Assembly: GCA_038087875.1 (NCBI GenBank)
Contig: CM076000.1
Span: 1,364,001-1,428,000 of the forward strand
Source of the DNA: Malacoraja senta
Taxonomy: Eukaryota
DNA: 64,000 nucleotides
Direction of reading: 5' to 3'
A program made the position numbers and the translations under genes. The notes below the pieces were generated by a model that worked only from the letters and a program-made list of their open reading frames with translations, was not told the DNA's origin and searched no databases. This document shows, one piece after another, positions 26,212 through 37,600 of the stretch (the stretch's first letter is position 1; the number at the start of each line of letters is the position of its first letter).

Positions 26212-26670
26212 TTATTCCACACTGACAAAACTGAAGTAATTGATGACCATTGTAACACTAACATTAGACTGAGTTAGTCTTACTGATATGTTTCGGAATC
26301 AGTTTTGTCGGCATGGACTTTGCTACAACAATCTAACTCAATTACAACTATACCAGCTACTTGGGGTGCATGACATTTTCTCAATTATTCTGATGCCTTT
26401 TGCATCAACACAATAACTTTACATACAAGTACAACTGTCGGGATTTGTGTTCTCAACAGTTTTGATTGAATTTGTTCTTTATCATCCCACACACAAAGCT
26501 ATCACATACGCATGATCCATAATGTCAATACATTGCCATCTGAGTTAAGTTCTTTACTTAAGCAATGCATTCACTGATTGTTTCCCCCTGCTTCTGGCTT
26601 CTGGTTCCTTTTCTTAAATTTGCAGCTTTCAGATATTTCTGATGGCTTTGAATTAAAGGAATTATTTAGT
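26212..26670 (+). repeat. 459-bp direct repeat, left copy (target-site duplication of the L1)
   Basis: Identical by eye to 32804-33262 and abuts the L1 poly(A). Confidence 0.93.
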
Positions 26671-27099
26671 TTTTTTTTTTATTTTTTTTTTTATTTTTAT
26701 TTATTAGAAGTACATTACATCACAGCCACATACATTAATACTCGTCATTTATATCTTCTTACAATTAATGTACTCCCTTTATTTTTTTTTTACGCTAAAG
26801 AAAGAAAAGATTGAAAGAGAGAAGAAAGTGAAGGAAAAAGTGCAAGTGTAGAAAAGTGTAGAAAATGTAACAACAAACAAAAAAAAAAAAAAGGACGAGG
26901 ACCCTATGAAAGCGAAATTAAAGACAAAAAAAAAAGGAGTTAAGAAATAGGCCCTAAGAAAAGAAAAGAGAGAGAGAAAAAAAGAAAAACAAATGTTTTT
27001 TTTTTTTGAGCATCACGTAAATAGGACATACCAACTCTTCAACTATCATCCCCCCTTACCCGACCTCAATTTTTTATTTTTTTAAAGTACTTTTGCACC

Positions 27100-30000
27100 C
27101 TATGTTTGTAATAATTCTATAAATGCAGACCACGTCAGGTGGAAGTGATCTGGTTTACCTGCTAGGAGGAGTCTTATCTCTTCAAGGTGTAGTGTTTCAA
27201 ACATATTTGAAATCCACATATTTATAGTTGGTATTGGAGCCTTCTTCCAAAATTTTAGAATTAGCTTTTTCCCAGTTATTAACCCATAATCCATTAATTT
27301 CTTTTGAAACACATTTAGTTCTGGATCATCTTCCGTTATTCCGAAGATAATCCATTCTGCTTTGGGTATCAGTCTTGTTTTAAATAACTTTGTAAAGATT
27401 TCAAAAATTTCATTCCAAAATTTTTGAATTTTTGTACAGAAGACAAATGAGTGCGCTATAGTTGCTTCTTGGGATTGACATTTATCACAAATAGATGATA
27501 CGTTTGGGAAAATTTTATGAATTTTAGTTTTCGAATAATATAATCTATGTAAAATTTTAAATTGTATTAAAGTGTGTCTTACATTAATCGAGCATTTATG
27601 TACTTTTAATAAGTATTCATTCCAACTTTCCTTTGAAATTTTAATGGCTAACTCTTGTTCCCAGTCTCTTCTGATACCCTCCGTAGATGGTATTTGTACA
27701 TTTAAGATAATATTGTACAAATATGATATTAAGTTTGCTGATTCCGCTTTTGTCTGCATTGCCTCGTCCAGTACATCTGCTGGGTTATTATGATGATCTT
27801 TTATATATTTTTTCAAATAGTCGCATATTTGAAAGTATTTAAAATATTGATTATTTCCGAGTTTATATTTTATTTGTAATTGTTGAAATGAAAGTAATTT
27901 TCCAGTTTCATACAAGTCACCAAGCGTTTTAATTCCTAGTCTATCCCATTGTGTATAAGCTTTATCTATAATAGAAGGACTAAACGAAGGGTTATTGACT
28001 ATAGGTAATAAAAGTGATAAGTTTCTTAATTTTAAATTTTGTTTTATTTGTTTCCAAATACGGATTGTACTATGAATAATTGGGTTCTTATTATAGTTTA
28101 TGTTATTCAATTTCATTGGAGAGAGGAGGATCGCTCCAATGTTTCTAGAGGAGCAATCCTCTTTCTCCATTACAATCCAGTCTACTTGCTGGGCGGAGTT
28201 ATCCATCAGTTGAATCATGTTTTTAATATTTACTGACCAATAATAATACATAAAATTGGGTAGTGCTAGACCCCCCAATACTTTAGATTTATTCAGATGG
28301 GTTTTTTGTATTCTATGTGATTTATAGTCCCATATAAAATTAGTGATATCTGAGTCGAGTTTTTTAAAAAACTTCTTAGGTAAGTATATAGGAATTGATT
28401 GAAATAGGTATAAAATTTGTGGTAAAAAGATCATTTTTATTGCGTTTATTCGGCCTATTAAAGACATCGGAAGCGTTTTCCAGAATTTAATTAATGTATT
28501 CAGTTTATTAAGTAGGGGGTCAAAATTTGCCCTGAGCATACCTTGATATGCTCTGGTAATTTCGATTCCCAAATATTTAAATTTTTCTGTAGCTATTTTA
28601 AAAGGGAATTTTAAAAGATGTGTTGAATCTTTCGGTTTTATTGACATAATTTCACTTTTATTCCAATTTATTCTATATCCAGAAAAAGATCCGAAGTCTT
28701 CAATTAAATTTAATATATTTGGTATAGTGATTTGAGGTTTTGTGATATACAATAATATATCATCCGCGTATAAAGATATTTTATTATATGAGTCTTTAGT
28801 ATTATATCCATGAATATCAGGGTGTATTCTAATTTTTTCTGCTAGCGGTTCAATAATGAGAGCAAACAGCTGTGGTGATAATGAGCATCCTTGTCTATTT
28901 CCCCTTGATAGTTGAAATTTCGAGGATAATATGTTATTAGTAAGTATTCTAGCTGTAGGTTTGTTATATAGTAACTTAATCCATAAAATAAAATTCTCTC
29001 CCAGTTGAAATTTTTGTAATACTTTATCCATATAATTCCATTCTACTTGATCAAATGCTTTTTCAGCATCCAGCGAAATAATTGATAATTCTTGATCTTC
29101 AGATTTGTGTGAGTGCATTATGTTGAGTAGACGTCTCATATTATTAGAAGAGTATCTCTTAGGGATAAACCCTGTCTGATCTGGGTTTATTAATTTACTA
29201 ATGTATTTACTTAATCTTCTGGCTAATGTTTTCGCTAATATTTTTTGATCTGTGTTTAACAATGCTATAGCTCTATATGAGCCAGGATCTTCTAAATCCT
29301 TATTTTTCTTAGGTATTAATGTAATCGTTGATTCCGCTAATGTATCAGGTAGTATTCGTTTTTTAAAAGCGTATTGGTACATTTTTTGTAATCTTGGTAT
29401 TATTTTTTCATAAAAGTTTTTATAAAATTCATTAGTAAATCCATCAGGGCCTGGTGTTTTTCCATTTTTTAGTGAGTTTATTGTATCTTCTAATTCCTTA
29501 ATTGAGATTTGTGCACCCAGTTCCTCTTGTTCCTTCAGCTCTAACTTTGGAAGATTACAGGTATCCAAGAACTTTGTGATATTATTGGAATCAATTATCG
29601 TTTTAGATGTATACAAATTCTCGTAAAATTGCGCAAATCTTTTATTAATATCCTTCGGTGTTGTTAATAATTCCCCTTTATCTGATTTGATCTTTGGTAT
29701 AGTATGTTCCTTTTCTCGTTTTTTTAGCTGGCGAGCCAAAAGTTTATGCGGTTTATCCCCAAATTCAAAGTGCTCTTGTTTTGTAATTTGAAAAAGTCTT
29801 ATAAGTTTGGCAGATAATAATTTATTTAATTTAAATTTTAAAATTATTATTTTATTATGTTTATCTATTGTTGGATCTTTAGCATTATCTATATCCATTT
29901 GTCTAATAAGTTCTTCTAACTGTCTTTGTTCATTCTTATTCTTTTTATTTTGAAAAGCTTGATATGAAATTATAATACCCCTAATGTATGCTTTAAAAGA

Positions 30001-30891
30001 TTCCCAAAGTAAAGTAGGCGATATATCTGAAGTATCATTTGTTTGAAAAAAGACCTCCATTTGTTCTTTTAAATATATACTCGCTTGTGGATCTTTTAAA
30101 ATTTGAGAGTTAAATCTCCAGAATGAATTATTCTTAGACAATCCTTCCAGTTTTAAAAAGAAAGTTAGTGGAGAATGGTCTGAAATTGAATTTGTATGAT
30201 ATATTGCATTAGATGTTTGGGGGATTAATTTTGTATCCAGCAGAAAGTAGTCTATACGTGAGTATGTCTTATGTACCATTGAGTAAAACGAATATTCCCT
30301 GCCAGTTGGGTTCACAATTCTCCAAACATCTGCTATATTAGTGTTGTTTATGTAGGTATTGAGGAGTTCCCCAGTTTTCGATTTCATATTCCCTCTCTGT
30401 TTTTGACTTGATTTATCTAAGTACGGGTCTAAAACACAATTAAAGTCTCCGCCTATTATAACATTTTGATAGTTTGACTCTGCAATTATATTAAAGATTT
30501 TATTGAAAAAGTGGGGGTTATCAAAGTTAGGGGCATATATATTTACCAAAGTAAGTGGAGTGTCATGGATTTCTCCATTAACTATTAAGTATCTCCCTTC
30601 TATATCTGTTATAATATTCTTTGCTTTAAATGGTATACCTTTTCTTATGATAATTGACGTGCCTCTAGATTTTGAAGTGAATGAAGAGTGGTATGTTTGA
30701 CCTATCCATTTCGCCCTCAGCCTAACTTGGTCCTGAGGTTTTAGGTGTGTTTCTTGTAGGAAGGTAATGTCAGAATTATACATTTTTAGCTGAGCTAATA
30801 TCTTACCCCTTTTGATAGGTTCATTAATGCCTCTTATATTCCAACTACAAAATGAGACTCCTCCTAGGTTCTTTTGTGTGGTGTCATGCAT
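27100..30891 (-). CDS. L1 ORF2p (APE endonuclease, reverse transcriptase, CCHC)
   Basis: Motifs SWNIRG, FLQETH, GGDFN, SRIDY, SDH; YRAIALLNTD, DAEKAFD, RQGCSLSP, YADD; CDKC..H..C. The frame is uninterrupted. Confidence 0.97.
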   Translation of the reverse strand: MHDTTQKNLGGVSFCSWNIRGINEPIKRGKILAQLKMYNSDITFLQETHLKPQDQVRLRAKWIGQTYHSSFTSKSRGTSIIIRKGIPFKAKNIITDIEGRYLIVNGEIHDTPLTLVNIYAPNFDNPHFFNKIFNIIAESNYQNVIIGGDFNCVLDPYLDKSSQKQRGNMKSKTGELLNTYINNTNIADVWRIVNPTGREYSFYSMVHKTYSRIDYFLLDTKLIPQTSNAIYHTNSISDHSPLTFFLKLEGLSKNNSFWRFNSQILKDPQASIYLKEQMEVFFQTNDTSDISPTLLWESFKAYIRGIIISYQAFQNKKNKNEQRQLEELIRQMDIDNAKDPTIDKHNKIIILKFKLNKLLSAKLIRLFQITKQEHFEFGDKPHKLLARQLKKREKEHTIPKIKSDKGELLTTPKDINKRFAQFYENLYTSKTIIDSNNITKFLDTCNLPKLELKEQEELGAQISIKELEDTINSLKNGKTPGPDGFTNEFYKNFYEKIIPRLQKMYQYAFKKRILPDTLAESTITLIPKKNKDLEDPGSYRAIALLNTDQKILAKTLARRLSKYISKLINPDQTGFIPKRYSSNNMRRLLNIMHSHKSEDQELSIISLDAEKAFDQVEWNYMDKVLQKFQLGENFILWIKLLYNKPTARILTNNILSSKFQLSRGNRQGCSLSPQLFALIIEPLAEKIRIHPDIHGYNTKDSYNKISLYADDILLYITKPQITIPNILNLIEDFGSFSGYRINWNKSEIMSIKPKDSTHLLKFPFKIATEKFKYLGIEITRAYQGMLRANFDPLLNKLNTLIKFWKTLPMSLIGRINAIKMIFLPQILYLFQSIPIYLPKKFFKKLDSDITNFIWDYKSHRIQKTHLNKSKVLGGLALPNFMYYYWSVNIKNMIQLMDNSAQQVDWIVMEKEDCSSRNIGAILLSPMKLNNINYNKNPIIHSTIRIWKQIKQNLKLRNLSLLLPIVNNPSFSPSIIDKAYTQWDRLGIKTLGDLYETGKLLSFQQLQIKYKLGNNQYFKYFQICDYLKKYIKDHHNNPADVLDEAMQTKAESANLISYLYNIILNVQIPSTEGIRRDWEQELAIKISKESWNEYLLKVHKCSINVRHTLIQFKILHRLYYSKTKIHKIFPNVSSICDKCQSQEATIAHSFVFCTKIQKFWNEIFEIFTKLFKTRLIPKAEWIIFGITEDDPELNVFQKKLMDYGLITGKKLILKFWKKAPIPTINMWISNMFETLHLEEIRLLLAGKPDHFHLTWSAFIELLQT

Positions 30892-31696
30892 TTTGAATAA
30901 TTATAGTACCTTTGAATCTTGTGGTGCGTCCATATCCCAGGTCTTTAGGTATTGGGGGAGTTTTTGAATTATTAACTTTTGTTGGTATGTCCATATTATT
31001 CTTATCACTAAACACAAAACACAAACAAGTGATTTTATGTAATAAAAAAAAAACTAAAAGAGTGAGGCTACAGTGTCTATAGTCGGCACTGTAGCAAGTG
31101 ACCCACCTGTAGGTGGGAAAAAACCTTATTTTGACTTCCATTGCGTTGTTGCTCAACTCGCTCCGCTCTCTTAGTTAATCATAACATATTAAAATATTAA
31201 AACGAGGCCTCACATTCATATATATAATACAATTTTACCCTGATATTTCCTTATAACATATATATATATCAGAGTTTAATTATTAAACCAATATTTTTGA
31301 TTTCAATAAGAATCAGCTGTTGGTTGAAGGGGTTAACGAAACGTGCTCCTGGACATAAGCCAGGAGCTCGTTTCTCATCCCCTCCTCCTGCTTATAGACA
31401 AGGTTACAATTTATTAAAAATTCATATTAGTATGTTAGTTCATTATTTTTTGTTTTTTTTTGTTAGTATTCTAATCTAACCTGCATAACTTTTAAAGTTG
31501 TTAATAGGATAAGTTCTTACAATTGGTTATAACATTTTAATCAATAAGCAATTATTTTCTAATTCATATCCCGTTATAAAGTTGTTTACACGTTTTGAAC
31601 AGAAAATGTCCTTGCTTCAACATTCCGGAGATAACAGTGTAACTATCCCCAGACAAAACATAGCTGAAAATTATTCGGATCTGCCAAAGCTCCCTT

Positions 31697-32767
31697 TTAT
31701 TTCTGTCTTTCAACAATCGTTTGGGCATATTTGAAAGCGTCTTCAGGCTTAACAAATGACTTTTCAAGACCATTAAAAGAAATACGCATTTTAGCGGGAT
31801 AAAAAACCCCGAATCTGACCCCTTCTCTCCCTCTTAAAAGATCTTTAACCTTATCAAATTTGTTTCTTTTTTGCACAATTTCATGTGGGTAGTCCCTGAA
31901 TATCTTAATAGTGTCTTTGTCCAGCCGTAATTGTACACCATATTTGATATGGGTCATAACATATTCCAGTTCTGCAGTATCTCGAAATTTCACTATAATA
32001 TGTCGTGGATAAGCTTTTCCCGCATCAAATCTTTTTCCAAATCTTGGGACACGATGAGCCACTTCGATTTTCGGTTCCTTGGGAAGATTCAACAGTTGTT
32101 TCAACAAGCCCATGGCAAATTCACGTACCTGTTCCCCTTCTGCCCCCTCTGAAACACCAAGAATCCTCAGATTCTGGCGTCTAGAACGAGCTTCCAGGTC
32201 CAGGCATTTGAATGAGACTTTCTCTAATTGGGTCCCCATTTGTAGTGATGCTTGTTCGTTTTCTCGCCTCATTTGCTCATGTTCTTGCCTCAGTTTCGCC
32301 ATGTCTTCAACAAGTCGTGCCGTATTTTTCTCCAATTCCGTGATTGTCTGCATACTTGCAGCTACTGTTTCAAGTACAGCCGTGAACTTATCCGTAGTAA
32401 TTACATCCATCTTATCCATTTTCTCTGATAGTCCATCTTTCACCTCATCAATTCGTTTATTCATAGTGTCCAGTAAATCCGTCATATTCTTCTGGTTACC
32501 AGCATTTAAATCCTTCATCATCTTCTGCATTCCTTCCATCATTTTTGCCGAATTTTCCTTCATTTCCTTCTTATCTTCCACCCTATTATCCGAGATCTCA
32601 TCTTTCAAATTTTTCATTGATTTTTTCAAGTCATCAAAGTCTTTCTTAGATCTTGTATCCATTTCTGCAGCCACTTCAGAGACTTCAGAGGTAACTTCAG
32701 TTTCGAACTGTTTCGACAGCTTATTCACAGCTCTCTGAGGGCTCACAGCTGGAGTCAATTTACTCAT
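31697..32767 (-). CDS. L1 ORF1p (coiled coil, RRM, CTD)
   Basis: Heptad-rich N-terminal half; motifs LEARSRRQNLRILGVSE, IEVAHRV, PRHIIVKF, IFRDY, YPAKMRI. Confidence 0.94.
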   Translation of the reverse strand: MSKLTPAVSPQRAVNKLSKQFETEVTSEVSEVAAEMDTRSKKDFDDLKKSMKNLKDEISDNRVEDKKEMKENSAKMMEGMQKMMKDLNAGNQKNMTDLLDTMNKRIDEVKDGLSEKMDKMDVITTDKFTAVLETVAASMQTITELEKNTARLVEDMAKLRQEHEQMRRENEQASLQMGTQLEKVSFKCLDLEARSRRQNLRILGVSEGAEGEQVREFAMGLLKQLLNLPKEPKIEVAHRVPRFGKRFDAGKAYPRHIIVKFRDTAELEYVMTHIKYGVQLRLDKDTIKIFRDYPHEIVQKRNKFDKVKDLLRGREGVRFGVFYPAKMRISFNGLEKSFVKPEDAFKYAQTIVERQK

Positions 32768-32803
32768 TTAAAGGGCTTCAAACCACCGTTTAAAACATCG
32801 CGT

Positions 32804-33262
32804 TTATTCCACACTGACAAAACTGAAGTAATTGATGACCATTGTAACACTAACATTAGACTGAGTTAGTCTTACTGATATGTTTCGGAATCAGTTTTGT
32901 CGGCATGGACTTTGCTACAACAATCTAACTCAATTACAACTATACCAGCTACTTGGGGTGCATGACATTTTCTCAATTATTCTGATGCCTTTTGCATCAA
33001 CACAATAACTTTACATACAAGTACAACTGTCGGGATTTGTGTTCTCAACAGTTTTGATTGAATTTGTTCTTTATCATCCCACACACAAAGCTATCACATA
33101 CGCATGATCCATAATGTCAATACATTGCCATCTGAGTTAAGTTCTTTACTTAAGCAATGCATTCACTGATTGTTTCCCCCTGCTTCTGGCTTCTGGTTCC
33201 TTTTCTTAAATTTGCAGCTTTCAGATATTTCTGATGGCTTTGAATTAAAGGAATTATTTAGT
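32804..33262 (+). repeat. 459-bp direct repeat, right copy
   Basis: Identical by eye to 26212-26670 and abuts the L1 5' end. Confidence 0.93.
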
Positions 33263-33984
33263 ATCTGGAAAACATTAATAAGATATCTGGCATATGAAGA
33301 TTTGTCAGCGTAACAAATGCTTCTGGCTTAATTTCTATTAGATGTATTGCTTTTTTGCACTTTTATTGGACATTGTTTTGTTCCCTCAGAATATCACTGC
33401 CATGATTTTTGCTAGTTTAGTTTGAAAACATAACTATTTGTTCAATGTATAAACTGCATGGCAGTCAAACATGTCCATACGTGCCAAGGCTCCCAAAGTA
33501 ACACAATGAAGCACCCATGATGACATGGTTGAATATGGTGCTTGTGGTGGTCCAGTGATATTTGATACCACTGTCTCTTACCCCATGGCTAACTATGCTT
33601 TTTTCTGCACCTCATCAGAACCACACAAAGGCCTTAGATCAACAATATTCAACAACTGTTTACAGTGAAAAATAATTGAAACTGTGCATCACAAATCCTG
33701 TCCAAAACCCAAATAGTGTGTGCAGGTTAGTGTATGGGGTGATCAGTGATTGGTGTGGACTTGGTGGGCAAAGGGCCTGTTTCCATGCTGTATATCTAAA
33801 GTCTAAAAACTATTAGCTTAAACTTATCTATGAATTTTGAAAGGTGTTTGAGCAGCCAGCTGTGGGTAGATCTTCCAATATATTCAGAGTGTTCTTTTAA
33901 ATAGGCAATAATGAAACAAATCAGCACATAGTGCTGTTAATAACTATAAATTCAGACGGGTTAAAACCCCTACCCAGATTTGGT

Positions 33985-34628
33985 ATCCAATTGGCGGGAT
34001 ACGCTGCAGTGTCCGGGTATCGTGCTTGGTGGCTGAGCCAAACCAGACCATGATGGAGAAGGTGAGGACAGGCCATACAGAATTGGACCATCATTGCCTG
34101 TGGCAGATGGTGCTTCCTCAGCTACCGCAGGAAGTACATCCTCTGTTTTTGACTGTGGACTCTCCTAAGGTCTACAATCAATTCCACTGTCTTAAGAGCA
34201 TTGAGCTCCAGGTTGTTGGGATGGCACCAGGACGCCAGCTGTGACACTTCCTGTCTGTAGGCAGATTCCTCCCCATCCTGGATCAGTCCAATCATGGTTG
34301 TGTCGTCCGCAAACTTGAGAAGCTTGACAGAGGAGTCAGTGGAGGTGCAGTCATTGGTGTAGAGAGAGTAGTGGAGAGGGGTGCTCCTATGCTGAGGGTT
34401 TGTGGGTCCGAGATGTGCTTCCCCAGGCTCACATGCTGCTTCCTGTCTGTCAGGAAGCTGGTGATCCACCGACAGAGGGGTTCAGGCACAGTCAACTCGG
34501 AAAGTTTGGAGTGTAATAGCTCTGGCACAATGGTGTTGAATGCAGAGCTAAAATCAACAACAATATCCTCGCATAGGTCCCTTGGCGGTCTAGGTGCTGG
34601 AGGATGAAGTGCAGGCCCAGGTTGACTG
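33985..34628 (-). mobile_element. Rex1/Babar-like LINE RT fragment (degraded)
   Basis: Translations LCRWITSFLTDRKQ.V, LYTNDC..SVKLLKFADDTT.IGLI..GEESAYRQEV and LELNALKTVELIVD. Confidence 0.8.
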
Positions 34629-34659
34629 AATTTCCAGCATTGTCTTTTTTAGTTTCTTT

Positions 34660-37600
34660 ATCGGATCCGAACTGTATAAATATTTGTCTATGTAAGAAAT
34701 TTTAGAGTGTGTTAAGTTCGCGGATCGCTACTTGTATTGTCTGTGTGAGTGCTTAAGGATTTTGGTTGTTAGATAATTGGGGTAAAAGTGCGTTTGAATT
34801 GAATATATGGTATTTGTTTAAATCGGGATTGTTAGTATTGTTAGAATCCGATTCATGGTGGTTCGATCAGGGTTCGTATTCTTTCGATCGCTGTGTTGGG
34901 GGACGAATCGTTCCATTGACCGAGTACGCCACGAGGAGGATTTATTAGAGTGTATGATTCATCATCATAATAAGTGGATGCTTGTAGTTTATATTGGTGT
35001 GTGTCTTGGTCTACTTGTAATTGGGGGAATGGTTTCTTGTTTGATTATAGTTTTACTTGCGTGGTTTGGGTTTATTTGTCTTTGTGAACTTAAAGTGTTC
35101 TGAGTGGGAGAGATTGCTGCTAAAATTTAAATATTAGTTTATTAAATATTAATATTAAATATTAGAGCCTTAGTTTGGGAGACCGGAGATTCTTTGTTTA
35201 CAGGCTGAAAGTTGAATGAGGTGATTGTGATCAAGCTGATAAGAAAGTTGAGAGCACGATTGAATAGAGCGATTGAGTCGAACAATTGAATAGAGCGATT
35301 GAGTAGAGTGATTGACTAGCGATTGGGAAAGATTGAATGTACAATTGTGTGAGAAGGTGTGAATCTGCTAGACGTTAGTCATTGTGTGGGAGCGATTTCA
35401 GTGGCCTTGGAGTCTGAAAGGAAGGAACGAGTATTGAGGAGGTGTGGAGTGCTTTGAAACTTATCTGTATTGTGTCTATTGTGCAGGAGGATGGCAAATA
35501 TACTAGAGAAGGACCTATCGAACATTCCTGAAAGTCCGTTGAGAATAATTTGTGAAAATATTCCTCAGGAAGCAGAGAGATTAAGAAAATTGTCGGGGAA
35601 ATTAAATAACGTTTTAGGGAACGAATTTTGGCCGATAGGTGGGCTAAAGTCAGTAGAAGGAATAACCTACATAGAGACAATTATTAGGCGATATGGGAAC
35701 AGTGAAGGGAACAAGCTTATTGAATTATGGAAAATGTTCTTTACAGAAAGCAAAGTAACTAAAGAAGTCGTTCTGCTTTCTGCCTTGAGAATGGCAGCAT
35801 CAAAGTTAGGGATTAGAATGAAAGAATAGAGAACTGGTCCTTCTCTAGGTAGTGGAAGCCAGCAGCAGGAGCAGGAGAGAGCATCAACCTTTAAAGGAGA
35901 AATTACTACGATGGCTCTTAAAGGGGAAGTGCCGACTAAAATTAAACTCATCAAATTTAGTAAGAGTGCAGCGGTTAGCGTGGATCTCGAAGGGAGAGAA
36001 GCCCAATAAAAAAAGGATAGGCAGACTTTTTTGGAACAGTCACAGCATTCCTCTCAGCCCTCTCATGTTCTTAGTTCTGAAACACCTTGCGCAGCATGCG
36101 AACAGGGCGCTCGGGTGGAGTCAGTGGTATCTTCGACTCCACCCACTAAATTCAAATCCAAAGTAGGGAAATCGGGAGAGGACTCTCTAGCTTCGACGAT
36201 TGCTTGACCAGCAGAGGATAGTGTGGGGGATCAGGGAGCTAGAAGGAAGGTTCCTCAAAAGTGGGTGCCAAGTGGGGAAGTAAAGGAATCCCTCCTAAAG
36301 TATAGAGATTCCGGTAGCACAAGGAACAGTTTCTCTGAGGGTGAGACAGCAGGAGGATATGAAATAGTTGATCCTGCTAATGCTAAAATTATAAGATCAG
36401 AACAAATCCCCGATATTGTGGATATGGAGCGGATTCCCCATAGGCAATTCCCTAGTAGGAAGCTGCCTACTCCGCCTTTATAATTAGATACTGCAGTAGG
36501 TGCAGATTAGGCTACAGACGTCCACGTTCCAATGCAATCTGGTTCAACGGCAGCTAAATCCTTCCAGAGACCCGTACTAAGAATCCAGAAGCGGGAAGTA
36601 ACATCAAAGGAGGAGGAGGAATTTAAAGCGTGGATCCCTCCTGGTTACCGTAGAGACATGCCAATCCGAGAGGCAACTTTCCCTCAGTTTGGTTGGAGAG
36701 GTTATAGAGCTGTTAGACCTGATCAATGTTACATCTGTGGGGAATCAGGACATTGGAGCCAATCTTGCCCTGTGAGGGAACACAGAGGAGGAAGGGGTCA
36801 AAGAAGAGGGCCACGGGGCCTAAGAAGTCAGTGGATCCCTAGAGGTTATAGGGACACTTGGGACCCCGAAGCTAGAGGAAGAGAACACTGGCCAGAGTAT
36901 CAGGGGGCAGGGACATTCTGGCAGCCAAATCCATTCCGATAGCCCTGATCTGCCCGCTAGTACAAAGTAAAAAGATGAAATCTGAAGGTATCCTCATATG
37001 GCCCAAAAATAATAATAAATTATAAGAACAAGAAAGAACACCACCCCTTCCAAATCCCAGGAAGAGAGTTACAAAAAAGCTGATTGGGATTGAGAAACCT
37101 CACTAAAAGGAAGGAATACGAAAAGGGAAACATAGTAGCTGGTGTCAAAGAGAATAAGAACTAAAGGGAACTAAACTGGCACTAGGGAGAGAATAAATTA
37201 ACGTACGGGAGTAGGGAAAGGAGCTATTGTACTAACTTGTTACAAAGTTGTTGTGCCTCCAGGACAGTATAACCTACAACATACTACTATCTGGGGAGTG
37301 AGGTAAAGAGTATGTGGACCCTTAAGAACGGGCAGAAAACAAGGCTCAAGTAGGATGTGTAGTTATTATGTCCAGAGACAAAGACCACCAACAAAGAAGA
37401 ATTACATTTTTGTGTACCCTCAGTATTCCTACTCCTTTGAAACTAACATCGAGGAAGAAGAAGAAGATACCTACCCTAGTGCCCAACTTTAACATCACCT
37501 AACTTTTGACACCAGTGAAGGAAAAAGAAAATAACAACATCCAACATTTTCTAAAAGATACCGACAACCTCTGATGACTAATGGGGCAAGCTCTAATTTG

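Larger units (their letters stand above)
26671..32803 (-). mobile_element. Young L1 LINE of about 6.1 kb with both ORFs intact
   Basis: ORF1 (356 aa), an 805-bp spacer, ORF2 (1263 aa), 3' UTR, AATAAA and A-rich tail at about 26705-26671. Only 36 bp of 5' UTR is present. Confidence 0.96.

Noticed and set aside
32079..32738. 219-aa antisense ORF over L1 ORF1
   Set aside because: Expected shadow of the codon bias in ORF1; no independent support.
26212..33262. LTR-retrotransposon interpretation of the 459-bp direct repeats
   Set aside because: The enclosed element has APE-RT L1 ORFs and a poly(A) tail. The repeats lack TG..CA ends, PBS and PPT, and read continuously with the flanking DNA.
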